Below are positions 27,140 to 39,744 of a stretch of DNA of 64,000 bases, one piece after another. The stretch lies in NCBI RefSeq assembly GCF_009914755.1, contig NC_060940.1, one strand, 5' to 3'. The notes under the pieces are model-generated. The model had not been told where the DNA came from and did not search any database. It worked only from the letters and a program-made list of their open reading frames with translations. The translations under genes and the position numbers were made by a program. How positions within the stretch are numbered: the first letter of the stretch is position 1; the number at the start of each line of letters is the position of its first letter. The DNA is from the human T2T-CHM13v2.0 reference genome, Homo sapiens.

Positions 27140-28480
27140 ACTGCTTCACGGACTCTTTGCTGTTGACGTTGATCTCCTGGTAGCATGACCTTTTGGCCTT
27201 TGTAAGACACACAGCCTTTCTGTATCAAGCCCCTGTCTAACCTACGACCCCAGAGTGACTGACGGCTGTGTATTTCTGTAGAATGCTGTAGAATCCGGTT
27301 TTAGTTGAGTCTTCACATTTAGAATTTGAAAGGAAAAACAGAACATTTCTCATGTGCTTTGTAGCTTAAAAAAAGGAAAACTCACCATTTCATCCATATT
27401 TCTTTTTCTTGCAAAACAAACATACCCATCTGCACCGACGCCTGCCCCCGTCCCACCTCGCGGCGCAGCCCCTGGAGCTCCTGCTGGGGGGCAGGGCCCA
27501 TCTGCCGCCTGGGGCTCCGGTGCGGTGCACTGGTCCGAGGAGTGTGCTCAGGCCGGGCTTTCCAGAAGGCCACAGGCCACTGCAAACCCTGCTGCCTGCC
27601 GGCCGCCCAGACACCACAGACGCCACCTGGCGGCCCTAAGCCACTCCCGCCACACGCTCACTCCAGGTTCGTATAGAAAAAGCACAGCTCTCACTGGCCA
27701 GTAGCTGCCAAAAAGAACACCCATCGTATAAGGAAATCCAGCCCCATAGAAAACAATCTGCCCACCGACCCCCTTTCTAAGGATAGCCTTTGTAGGGGTT
27801 TTTTGGTTCCTTTTTTTTTTTTTTCAGTTTTTGTTTTTACTTTTGTCCCGCCGAGTACTATGTATTACCAGCCCCCCACCCCACAGATCAGTTTTCCTAG
27901 TCTTTGGGAAACGGGTTGTGTTTTTTTTCCTTTGCCGTGTTGGATTTCCGGTCCCGGCTGACACCTCCCTTCGTGTGTGCGCCCCTCCCCACCCCTGCCT
28001 TTGTTTCGGTGCCCTGTGTCCGCTCTCTCATGTGGGGATGTTTGTGCTGCAGACAAAAAGAACAAAAAAAAATTTTTAAATACCACAAGATGGAAAAAAA
28101 AACAAAAAAATTTAAAAAGATGGAATGTAGTGTTTACATTAAAGCCGCCGTTTTCATGACCAATCCTATGTCATTTCTACTTTGACTAATACCCAAACCC
28201 TAAACCTCTTCACGGTTTCACTTTTAAGACTTAATCTTTGCTGAAGAAGACCAGTCACAGCCATTTCAAATAAAGAGGAGGCAAAAAGACAAAACACACA
28301 AAAAATTAAAAAAAAAAACTTAAAAAAAAAAGGAAAAAAGAAAAAAAAGCCCACGGGTCTTTGTAAGCCTTTCTATTCCCAATCGGTGAGGTTTCTGTGA
28401 TATCTTACACACTGCCAGTCTACTTCTCTGACTAATGGAAAATTCCTGTGTAGCTCAATAAAAGAGAATGTTTGTCTGTA
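27140..28480 (+). other. GNAO1: GNAO1 non-coding terminal exon 9 (3' UTR of GoA)
   Basis: Pyrimidine tract plus ctacag|ACTGCTTC acceptor; AATAAA at 28269-28274 and 28457-28462. The junction ...CTATTTG|ACTGCTTC matches my recollection of mammalian GoA cDNA. Confidence 0.75.
28457..28462 (+). terminator. Distal poly(A) signal of GoA mRNA
   Basis: AATAAA followed by tgtttgtctgta; a second, proximal hexamer lies at 28269-28274. Confidence 0.65.
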
Positions 28481-30501
28481 CTCCTGAGTCTCACCCTGTG
28501 CCTTCCAACGATGGTTATTTGGGGTGGGCTTCATTCTGGCAGGAGAGGGAAGGAGGGACTCGGCCACACACGCTGGTAGGCCGGTGGTTAGGAGTCCCCC
28601 ACAGGACCTTCCCATCCCCTCAGTGCCGTCACTGGAGCCCCAGCTCAGAGCACAGTTGACGCGACCACTGCCCAGTGCTGCCTGGGAATGAGGGCAGGGG
28701 AGCCGCCACTTTCTCCTGCGATGCCCTCTCCTCCCGGCTCCCGGTGCCTCCTCACCCTCAGTAGGTTTTGTTTGCTTTTGAGAAATGAGGTGGAAGTGGG
28801 GATTAGGAAGGAAGAAATGCAAGAAGGGCAGGCAAGCCCCCTCTCCTATCATGCAGGATCCTCTTTCTTCTGTAGCCGGCGGTTCCCCCACAGTGGGAGG
28901 ATGGGTGGTCCCAAGAATGAGGCCAATTGCCTGAGCCCATCTGCACCCAAGAGTTCCCAGCCACTCACATGCCCAGGACGAGCTTGGGCCCAGCCTGACC
29001 AGGAAGGCTGCCTTCGATTTGCTCCCTGACTGCACCTGGATGCCAGGAAGCCCCCTGCAGGCCGAACACGCAGGAGGTAACCCAGCAGTGCAGTGGGGCA
29101 CACGGAGTCTGATCCCTGTTCCTCCCCTAGACTGTAGGTCTCACCCGTCCCCTACATTGGCCCGCTTTTGCTGTAATAATTAGCAAATGGGTTGCAACGG
29201 GGACCTGGAGGCAACGGCAGCCCACTGAACTTGCATCATGTCCACACGCCACTTCCTGTACAAGCGGCCAAGAGCATCATGTATCATGCTGTCTTCAGTG
29301 AGATGGGGGAGCTGCCAAGAGGTCAGTTACCTGGAATCCTCTCCACATCTCAACAAATGGGAATTAGAGGCTCAGAAGGGCCTCTCTCGGGCAAGTTCCA
29401 GCAGTCTTTTGAATCAAGGGGGTGGAGGCAGGGGATATTGTTTCAGAGACTATGGAAGAACAAGAGGCACTGTGATAAATACCCAACCAATACAGGCACC
29501 CCTTAAACCTCTTCTGCTTTCCCCCTGGTTCCCCAAACCCCAACTTATCTGCAGAGAGGGGCACATGACCTACCCTCTCCATTGAGGGGAAGGTTTGCAA
29601 TCCAGGCCACAGTTTGACTTTGTAACAAACCAAGATCCACATGGAAGGCTGAAGGAAACCATGACATTTTCTATATATGGCACATTTGAATTTTTCTGAA
29701 AACCAAGCCATATTCTAATAGGGTTCTTCCCAACTTTCAAATGAGTTTTGCAATAAAACCAACAGAAGTTTATTTGCCTCATTTTTCTTAGAAGGGAGGT
29801 CATAGCATTTTTTGGAAAGGATGCAGCAAAAAGGCCAATTAAATCGGAACAAGGAGAGTGGGGGCAGAACCTATCTGATATATATATTTTTAAAGATCCT
29901 TTTTCCCCCCTAGTTTATCTGTGCACACAATTGTAAAAAGCTAGTTCTAATTAGAACCAAATCAAATAGGAGATTTACTTCCAATGGCACCTAAATAGCT
30001 TCTAAAAGAAATTCTGAGAAAATTGCCTCTATTCAGGAGGTAAACAAAAGGTATCTATCATCACCACCTGTGGAATCCCTCCAGGTCTTTGATCTCTGCC
30101 CTGAAACTCTACTGAGAAAGTCTCAGAGTCGCTGTGAACCTCTTCTGGCTCTGGGGGCTGCCAGATTCCTGAACCATTCTTTGCCCAGTTAGACCACCCA
30201 ATGAAGAGGGGCTCCAAAATGCACTTTTGTTGCCTAGCTGGCAGTTGCTTAAGGCAATAAGACAGGTAATTAAAAGAGTAATTCTCTAAAGGGGGGAAAT
30301 GCACACAAAACTACCGAGATTATAAAAATGCAGATCCAACCCTTTTTTTTTTTTCTAAACCAGGACTAATAACCGACACTGATGTTGGAATGCTAACATC
30401 CAGAGAATGATCCGAGCAATATTCCGGCTGAGATCAGATCAGATCTGAAACCAGTTAAAATCCTTTAAACGCTCAATCCGCCTGCTTCGGATCCCAGGCA
30501 A

Positions 30502-30537
<36 letters not shown>

Positions 30538-32486
30538 GGTCCTTTCACTGCTACAGCCAATTCCATTCCCAGAGAATTAGTTCCTTTGGTTTGATATTCA
30601 TGTGACTTTTGATGTTTGGGGATAAGGCTTTGCCACTTAGGAGAGTATCTTTGGTTAAAAAGACTCAAAAGCCAGAAATATCAGCTGTTTGTCCCAGCTA
30701 AAATTGGGTAATATGAGATTTCAAAGGATTTTAAGAGCTCTACGGTTAGAAGTCAGCTTAATTAAAAACTGATATTCAGGATATATGTTTATCTTGGTAA
30801 GGCCTTCCTGCTTTTTCTCTTTTGGGATCCTGTTTTTGGTAATTTTTTTTCTAGTTGACTGGAACCCCCTCTCTAAAAAAAAATGATGTGCTTGTTTCCT
30901 CTGTGCACTTCAGTTCCTAAAAATCATCCTCCCGCTTACTTCCTCTCTTCCCTCTTTCTTCTCTGCCATCTTGGCTACCACATGAAAAGACCTAGAGGGG
31001 ACCTCTAATGACTCAGAGCTCTTAAGGAAAATAGAAAAGGCACCACAGACTCCTCTCTTGGGGAGAAACCTGTGTTTCCCCCACAGAACTGGAACCCCAA
31101 GAGTTGCAAGTGGACAGATACCTCTCAAGTCAACTCTGCCCTCTTTTGTATTTCATGACTGGATCTCCCTGGTCCCAGAGACTGCTCTGTCCTGCGCTGT
31201 GAGAGCCTGACCTTGCGTGTGTGATGGCTGCCAGAGGCGGCTCACTGCAGTTGTTTACAGTAAATGACTCTATCTAAAAGCTCCACAAGTGATTCTAACA
31301 TGCAGCCAAGGTTGGAACCATGTCTAACCTAACAGATGAGCAGCAGCCCTGCAAGATGGAGGCTCCAAATGACGGAGGGCCTTCGAGGGCAGGCAGGCGG
31401 CCGCTGCTCCTTGCCAGGGCTTGTCGGCAAGGCCATGGCTTCCTTTTCCATGTGTGTCCAGCTCCAGCAGGACTGAAAGTCCCCACAGACAGGATCAAGT
31501 TGGCTGGCTACAGATAAAAGGACACATTGTCTACTTAGCCCAAGTGGAAAATCAGGCCCAAGAGGCCGCCTGGGCACCTGGATTCACATCAATACAAGTG
31601 AAACAGCCACATGGCCCACCATCCTCTATGGTACAGAAGAGCCTCAAAATTCAAAACAAAACAAAAACTGAGGAGAACCTAGGAAGTCAAAACAGGGCCA
31701 CTAAGAAAATGGAGAGGGCAACACAGCCTCATTCCAAAAGAGCCCACAGAGGCCAGGGGCAGCCCAACCACCATTCACCAGAGCACCCGGATGCTCCTTC
31801 TGCTGCGCTTACAAACCTGGACCCACAGCCCTGAGTGCTGCTTCTCCAGGGGCTGGGCGTGAGGACCATCTGCCTGACCCTGCAGCTGGCAGGGCAGCAA
31901 AAGTGGTCCTGGGAGGGGAAGCCCCCAGCATAACTGCCACTGCCCTCAGCACCTGTCCCGGACGCCCCCAGGAAGTGGTGAAATCCTCAAGTATCCAGGT
32001 GTAAAATGGAAGGGCGGACTGAGAACTTCACTTCTTGCATCATTTTAAGCTACTTAATAAGCTCCTGCTCTAAACACTGTGATATGGCTGTTTTGTAATG
32101 TGTCAAGACCCTCTAAAATTGATCCAAGTAATTTTCTCTTTTCACACATCAGAAACCTGTGAACATGTGGAATTAGTGGCACCTACAATGGGTGCAACGT
32201 GTGAAGTATAATGTAATTCGAGGACAGTAAAATAATCTTTCGCTACACACTTACCTGAAAAAAAAAAAGATATAAATACAAGGGGAAGAAAAATGTAGTT
32301 CTGCCTTCCCCAAATACACTACTAGGAAAAACAAAAGTTCCCAATTCAAAAACATGGGAAAAAACCCTCCAACCAAAATAGTATACACAAAATCCAAATC
32401 AAAATGGGGTTTAACGTTGGCACCTCTGGAAAAAGATGCCTTAGCTTCCAGCCACACAAAAACATGCCTTAGCTTCCAGCCACACA

Positions 32487-33946
32487 CAACACACCAATAG
32501 AGTTTGCTTTTTATTATTATTATTGTTTTACAATAAAAACAAATAGCTATGCTCTCAGCAAAACAAATTAAAAAAAAAAAAATCACAGAAATTTACTAAC
32601 AGCATTTCAAGGTAAGGCTTTTGAAAGATTTATTGAAATAAATTATCTTTGCCTAAAAATTTACCTATCACCTTTTTCAATTACTTTTCAACATTCTAAA
32701 AACTTTCCGTTATGTAAAATACATTTAAACTTTGCCAATAATTGTAGATAATACTGGATTCTTCCCAAAAGGACTACCACAAAACAAAGCTTTCAAAGAG
32801 TAAAAAAAAAAAAAAAAAAAAAGTAATCCAATGGGGCATAAAACTGAGGTCTGTAACCTATGACTTCATGGTTCAAATCCTTAAAGTTAAACATGTGAAG
32901 AATTTGAAGAGATTTGGGACCTGGGCCCTCTCCAAGGCAGGTAGGTTCACACCTTACCTTCTCTGCTGAATTAAACCAGGAATAACACAGCTAGGAAAAC
33001 GCAGTGCTCCCAGGATAAAAGATACAAAAGTTCTTTTTTATTTCTTTAATAAAGCCCTTCAAGGTTTACTCTCCCATCTTGCAAGGCCCACATCTTGTTC
33101 AAGGACCAAACCCACAGGCTTTAGCACTGCCTAATTTACTTCACCAATGAATGAAAACCATAAACCAAAGCTTGCTGCCTAACCACTCCCCAGGTCCAGA
33201 CGGGACAAGGAAATGCTGAGAGGGGAGGGGACCCATGGGGCACACTCATGAGATGCAGGAGCACCAGAGTTCACGGAAATCAAGCCGGCTTTGGACTGGA
33301 GGCTCGGAAAGTCAGTCCCAGATGTAGTGGGACAGAAAGGGGTGACTTCATCACACCCTATAGCCCTGGACTTTCCCCTCCTCTGCTCCAGGTATCGAAC
33401 CAAGAGTTCCTTTTCCAAGATGCCCTGCTGGCTCAGGGGTGCATGAGCCCGTGGGTCTGGCCTCTGGCACAGTCTACATGCTTCCACAACAACGACAGCA
33501 GTTTGATAACAGATGTTACCCCACGACGTGGGGGCGGGCTCACACTGTGCGCCTCCCCCACACTCTTCCCACTGGGTGTGGTGCTCAGGACACCTGCATT
33601 TGTGGGACGTATGCATGAGGCAGGAGTAGAAGCTGCCTGCTGCAGGCAGGCGACTGCTCACTTCCTCCTGATCGTCCCCCACCCCAAGCAGTCCAGTCAA
33701 CACCAGAAGAGATCATACCTACAGTTAAAATTTGCAGTGTTTCTAAGGGGAAGAGAAATGTCACATAGAAAGTATTACAAAGAAGGATTAAATTTATCAG
33801 CTGTCCAAACACTATAAGACCACATGCTTTATACAGCGGCAATGCAGTCAAGCCCGCTTTTCCATGGAGCGGGCAGAATTGGGACAGGCCTCCTCCAGTC
33901 AGTCGGGCACAGGGCGCAGGAGGCAGCTGAGGAAGGCAAGGGAGCG
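32487..33946 (-). other. AMFR: AMFR 3' UTR (terminal exon)
   Basis: Follows the TAG at 33947-33949 on the minus strand. Minus-strand AATAAA at 33037-33042, 32629-32634 and 32510-32515; GU-rich tract beyond about 32487. The end point is approximate. Confidence 0.75.
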
Positions 33947-34094
33947 CTAGGAGGTCTGCTGCTTCTGAAGCCTCCGTTCCGCGGCGGCAGCCAGCATCCT
34001 TCGACGCAGGGTCACGGGGTCAGAGGACGCACCTTCCGAGGGGAGGAAGCTCTCTGAGGCCGCATCATCTTCAGAACTTTTGTTCAAGAAACGT
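33947..34094 (-). CDS. AMFR: AMFR last exon (14) coding part: RFLNKSSEDDAASESFLPSEGASSDPVTLRRRMLAAAAERRLQKQQTS* (p97/VCP-interacting VIM motif)
   Basis: Minus-strand ttttttctag|ACGT acceptor; RRRMLAAAAERR is the gp78 VIM; TAG stop. Confidence 0.95.
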
Positions 34095-34958
34095 CTAGAA
34101 AAAACAGAAGACTTTTTCTCTCTCATAGGAGAGATGGGGAGCTGTGGAACACAGCCAGAAGGTTGATTTCACATCTCCCCATGTCCAGGCACCTTCATGA
34201 AGCTGTCACTCAGCACCACCCAATGACCAAGACATCCAGCCCCCAACAGATGGGCGCAAATTCTCTCTGCACCAGGGAAGAACCCTTCAGTGCTGTTCCG
34301 TGCTGTCTCTTCCTGCCCATCCCCTCCACCCACAGACACAGCACAGAACTCCCACAATCACAGGGTCTGCCAGGGCCCAAACCCACTTGAGGAACACAGT
34401 GCTGGCCCTGTCCTTAAGAGCTGGAACAAAACCCCCTCTATCCACAGGACACACCTGCTGTAGCTGCCACCAACCATGGGTGTGTGACGCACAGATGCGC
34501 TGAGTGTGTGTACAATGCTCAGCTGAAAGGCAGAGTGGTCAACAGGGAGGACCTGGGAGACAGACGCCAGGGCCAGGCCAGTGCTAACCTCTCCAGCCTC
34601 CATTTCTTCAGCTGTATGTCAGCTGAATGGGTTAACAGTGCTCCCTCTTAGAGCTGTTAAAGTAATTCATATAAAGGGCTTAGATCAGGTTAGCACACAA
34701 GTGCTCTCTCGGCAAGCGTGGCCAAAGGGGTCCATGGGAGATGACTGACAGTACCAGCATCAGAGGTAGACCAGTGGGGCCCAGTGTTACCAGATGCTCT
34801 GGTTTTTTCAAGAGAGGCTTGAAATCTGAGTTTTGGGGTGGCATGTAATGCCGTTTCACTGTTGGCATCTGTTTAAAAAGAGAAGACGGCCTGACAACGG
34901 CCTTCAGCCACTAGTTTTTGATCTGGATTATGCCAGGTGGTCTGGAGAAGCGACTCAC

Positions 34959-35143
34959 TTGCGAGCTTGCTGGAGGAGTTCGTCCTTACGCTGCACCAGC
35001 ATGCGCTGTCTCTCATCAGCAGACTTGGAGAAGCGGCTCCCACGAGCCTCGAAGTCTTCCACCTCACTGGGCTCCACTTCCACCTCGCCGAAGTCCAGCG
35101 TCTCCTCCAGGCGAGGACTGAGGTCCAGTGGCACACGCTCGGT
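34959..35143 (-). CDS. AMFR: AMFR exon 13: TERVPLDLSPRLEETLDFGEVEVEPSEVEDFEARGSRFSKSADERQRMLVQRKDELLQQARK (G2BR, UBE2G2-binding helix)
   Basis: gtccag|ACC acceptor and CAA|gtgagt donor; 185 nt; phase joins exon 14. Confidence 0.95.
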
Positions 35144-35622
35144 CTGGACACGGGGCAGGAAGCAAGGAGGCAGCTGTGAGCACAGGCCTCCCTCCTAAGC
35201 AGGTTCCTCACCTACAGGGCACCCCAGACACGGCTGTTCTGGACGCAAAGAGAAGGCTGCTGCCAAGCAGGGAGGCAGAAACTAGGAACCACAAGCTACG
35301 GATAATGGAGCAGCAGCTTCCCTGAGGGCAGGCCTGCTGCCTATGGCTTGAGTAGTACTAAGAACAGGACCTGACTCACACAGAATGTTCGGCATCAGAG
35401 GGTAAGTAAATGATTACCAGCATGAAAAACGTAAGCACCTTCAAGCTGCACTCTTAGAATACGCTACCAACACGACAACCGTGAGTTTACATCCTGGGAA
35501 TTTTCTGTTCACTTCTACTAATTGCTCAAACATTTAAACCAGTCTTATCCAATCTTCTGCACAAATTTTATATCCTCAATTGACTCTGAAAACAGAGGTA
35601 AAAAGGAAAACTGCTAGGCATC

Positions 35623-35923
35623 TATTTATTTATTTATTTACAGACAGGGTCTCACTCTGTCACCCAGGCTGGAGTGCAGTGGCACAATCTCTGCTCACCA
35701 CAGCCTCAACGTCCCCAGGCTCAGGGGATCCTCCCAACTTAGCCTCCCAAGTAGCTGTGACCACAGGCTCGTGCCACCACATCTGGCTAATTTTTGTATT
35801 TTTTGTAGAGACAGGGTTTTGCTTTGTTGCCCAGGCTGGTCTCAAACTACTGGACTCAAGCAATCTACCCACCTCAGCCTCCCAAAGTGCTGGGACTACA
35901 GGCATGAGCCACTGTGCCCAGCC
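35623..35923 (-). mobile_element. Alu (AluJ-like)
   Basis: (TATT)n tail and reverse Alu body ending ctgtgcccagcc. Confidence 0.88.
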
Positions 35924-37132
35924 CTAAGGATCTTTTGAAAAGACACAGGATGGATTATATGGTTCCTTGGCTTTGGTTGAAGCTCCAAAGTCCACGACAA
36001 TGCCCAGGCACCCCCAGGTCCTAGCAGGTGCCTGACCATCTGCGCTGCTCATGCTCCCAGATGCAGACCTGCGCTGGCCAGGGTCAGCCCATTGCCCGCT
36101 TCTAGGCTGTGACAGAATGGAGGTGGGTGCAGCTGAGAGGCAGGCTGTTTTACTTCAGAGTTCCTGCTGGACCTACCCTCACTTTTTCCTGCCTTCAGCT
36201 AAGCTCGAGAGGGAACTTCAAGAGAACCATTCGTATCCCCGAGAGTCAAAGGACGGGGGAACTGGTGGCTGCATACACTTGAGAAATCTACAGAAAGAAA
36301 CTGGCAGGAGCCAATAAAATACAGGGCCAGGGGAGCTGTGACGGGAGCACGTTCACCTTCCACTGACTCCAGACAACACTGTGTGTGTCCTGGAGCTTGG
36401 ATAGGGCTCCTGCACGAGGGAACCAACCTAAGGTTGTTGAAAACAACTGTGCCCAAAAGGACCACTTGGAGAGGTAACAGGACCCCCATGAAGGTGGGAG
36501 TGGTCATCAATAGCCAGCCCAGGGTCAAAGGAGGAGTTTCTGGGGCCAGATGGGGACAGGGAGATAGTTGGCATAACATGTACACACACACACACACAGA
36601 CACACGTAGTTGGCACAACATGTAGGTACATACACACACACACACACGCTGGAGTCTCACTGTCCTATTCTATCCCTCTCCTCTAAGCCTGACCCTAGAG
36701 CAGGTTAGAAAAAATGGTGAGTGAAGAGGCGAGATGTTAGAAAGAAAACAGCCGCCCACCGCAACCCCTGCTCTGTGCAGCTGCATGCCTGACTAATACC
36801 AGCCTGAGCGGGGCAGGGCAGAGATTAGAACAGAGGGAGAGTGGAGCTGACAAGCTTACTGGGCTACACTGAGGTTTCTGTTAACTAATTGTTATTCAAG
36901 GACTTTGTATTTCTTCACAAATGACCAAAAATGTTGCACAGCAAGGTTCCCTGTGAAACACATACTTTCCTCCATTATATATACATATATATATATAAAA
37001 TCCAGAACTCTTCATGCTAACTCTAGAAGCAGCAGTGGAAAATCAAGACAGGGACTGAATATGCTGTACCCACAGATGCCCCCAAGCCCACAGCATCCAT
37101 ATCTCAGCTGCGCCAGCTATTCAAAAACTGGA

Positions 37133-37503
<371 letters not shown>

Positions 37504-38481
37504 TTACATAGGTGGATATGAAAATCTTAACCCAGCAACAGATTTGAAGAAGGCCTAGTAGTGTTTACTGTTTCCTCTTTGTAGAGAAAAACACAAGAGG
37601 TGAAAGCTTGTGTCATTTACCAGTGCTTCTAGAGGAGACCTTGTGCACCCCAGTAAGGGAAGGCAGCACCACCCTAGACCCAAGCCTGTGTGCAGGAAAG
37701 CCCCACATGGCACAAACACAGAAAGGCCAAGGTGGGGTTGTCCAGTTTTTATTTGTGGTCGCATAAGAAAGTGCTCTGACAATATGGTAACTGAGGAAGC
37801 GAATGGGAACCACAGAAGAGGAGTGGGATCCAGGGCCACAGGTGTAGGGCAGAGGGCACGGGCAGGGGGTGGGGGGAGGTGGCACCTCGGCCCTGCTGCT
37901 TGGAGTTAGGGTGGCCACCTCAAGGCACCCAAAGTGGGTCAACAAACAGATCTGGTTCTCAAGAAAGCCATGCTTTCCCCCCAGCCCCACTCAGCTCAGG
38001 CGGTCTCAGTTTTGCAAAATGCATGGATGTATCTGGAAATCCTGAGTTTGACAAGTGAGGTGTGGGGGAGGGCATCTCAATGGCCTCGGCTCCCTGGAGA
38101 GCTTGCCCTAGGCCATCCCCATCTGAGTTTAGATGGGTCCAGGCACCCTCACGGTCCCGAGCCCAGCTTCCTTCTGTCCTTCCACGGGCTCTCACTCAGG
38201 CTCAAGGTGGCAGGGCTGGCCCCGGGGAACACAACCCCTTTCTCTTCCAGCACATGAGGGCAATCCCCAGGGAATGACTGCCAGCCCTGCGTGGAAACAC
38301 AGGCCACACCACGGGCACAGCCTGATTTGCTACCCTTCATTATTGGGATGGATACAGCACAGTTTCTTTTGTACTCGTGCCCTAAGCCTTGCAAGCTTCA
38401 GGACTGAGGAAGACCACTGCCGGGACCACATTCCCCCTCCACAGCTCCATGAACTCACTCTCACTAGAGTGCGGGTTTTAC

Positions 38482-38565
38482 CTGAGCAGAAGTTTCTCCC
38501 TCTTCCTGGTCACTGCTTGGCCTTTCCACAGGACTGTTCAATGCAGGTCTGATGCTATCTGACCG
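38482..38565 (-). CDS. AMFR: AMFR exon 12: RSDSIRPALNSPVERPSSDQEEGETSAQ
   Basis: ttccag|CGG acceptor and CAG|gtaaaa donor; 84 nt, phase 0-0. Confidence 0.92.
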
Positions 38566-39129
38566 CTGGAAGAGAAACAGTACCAAAAACAGTCCAGAGT
38601 CACACAGAAATCAAATCACAGACTCAGGGAAACCCTGGTGTGCAGAGGGAGCTATGGTACCCAATCCAACCTGTAACTCTAAGGAAGTCTACTGCACCAC
38701 AGAAATTAAAATGCCATAAAGATTAAAAGCAAGACAAAGGAGCCTGGGGCCTAACCTAGAGTTCCAAGTTTGAGAGTCAGCAACTGGTCCCACTTTAGTT
38801 TCCTTTTGAATAACAGTAATTAGACAACAAAAACAATGATAACAGCAGAGAACACTGACTGAACACCTAACTTCGGCATGGCACCAAGGAAAACTGGGAC
38901 ATGGCTGTCTCGTCTATCTTCACGTCCTATGAAACAGGTGCTGCTGTTACCGTCCTTCTAGCCAGTTTAAGATCTCACACAATGCTGCAGACACTCTGGG
39001 GACCAGCCAGTAAGGTCTCGCCACCTCAGTGCTGGCTGGCCAGTGTCTGTATTTCATTGCCTGAGGACTTTCTCTGGCTGCATGAGGTAGTTCAGCCACC
39101 CCCAGAGGCAGCCCTCAACTAGTGAGGGA

Positions 39130-39382
39130 GGGAATTACTCTGTGAACACCCCAGTTCCTCATCTCCTGCGAGGGATATGTTCTGCACTGGATCCCAGAGG
39201 CCCCAAATGGGAAGGGGCTTGTCACCCACAGTGATAACAAACCTGCTTGATAACAAACCCATTACTGGCCACCCTCCCTTCCCCAGCTCACATCCCCACC
39301 CACAACCTGTGATTCCTGGGACCACTTCCCAAACTATGTGCATTCAAATCCTTGTCCCAGGGTCCGCTTCTGGGGAAATCCA
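39130..39382 (+). mobile_element. Probable ERVL LTR (LTR16-like) fragment
   Basis: The 3' end ttcaaatccttgtcccagggtccgcttctggggaaatcc resembles the LTR16 end; boundaries uncertain. Confidence 0.4.
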
Positions 39383-39744
39383 CAGCCAACAGCCAGGTCA
39401 AAGAGCTGAGAACTGGGAACCACATCTAATATCTCAGCCCATGTGACTGAGTCTATGCTCTTTCCTCTTCAAAGAGTCTCAGGTTTTATAATTTTATTAA
39501 TAGATTTCCACATATTTTTACATACTAAAATTGAATCATTTGGGGTAGATTATTCCCTGGTCATACACAAATTCCACGGTCCTGCCAGAAGGCTCATCTA
39601 TATTAATACTTCTTATGCTCATCAAAGTAGAGATCTGAGCTTTTCAAAAATCAAAAACACCACCTCAGATAGATGAACGGTAGCTAGTGGAACACCACAC
39701 CAGTGTGCAAAGCCAATTAGGGACAGATGGCACAGCTCCTAGAG

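Noticed and set aside
28055-28350. A-tracts as retroposon tails or mRNA ends
   Set aside because: No upstream SINE/LINE body or TSD. These are genomic A-runs likely to cause oligo-dT internal priming artefacts (also at 30506-30535).
36563-36648. Duplicated tagttggca(t/c)aacatgta + (CA)n unit; also short duplications near 41433-41485 and 49338-49386
   Set aside because: Two-copy slippage duplications in introns or L1 relics; not an array and no evident function.
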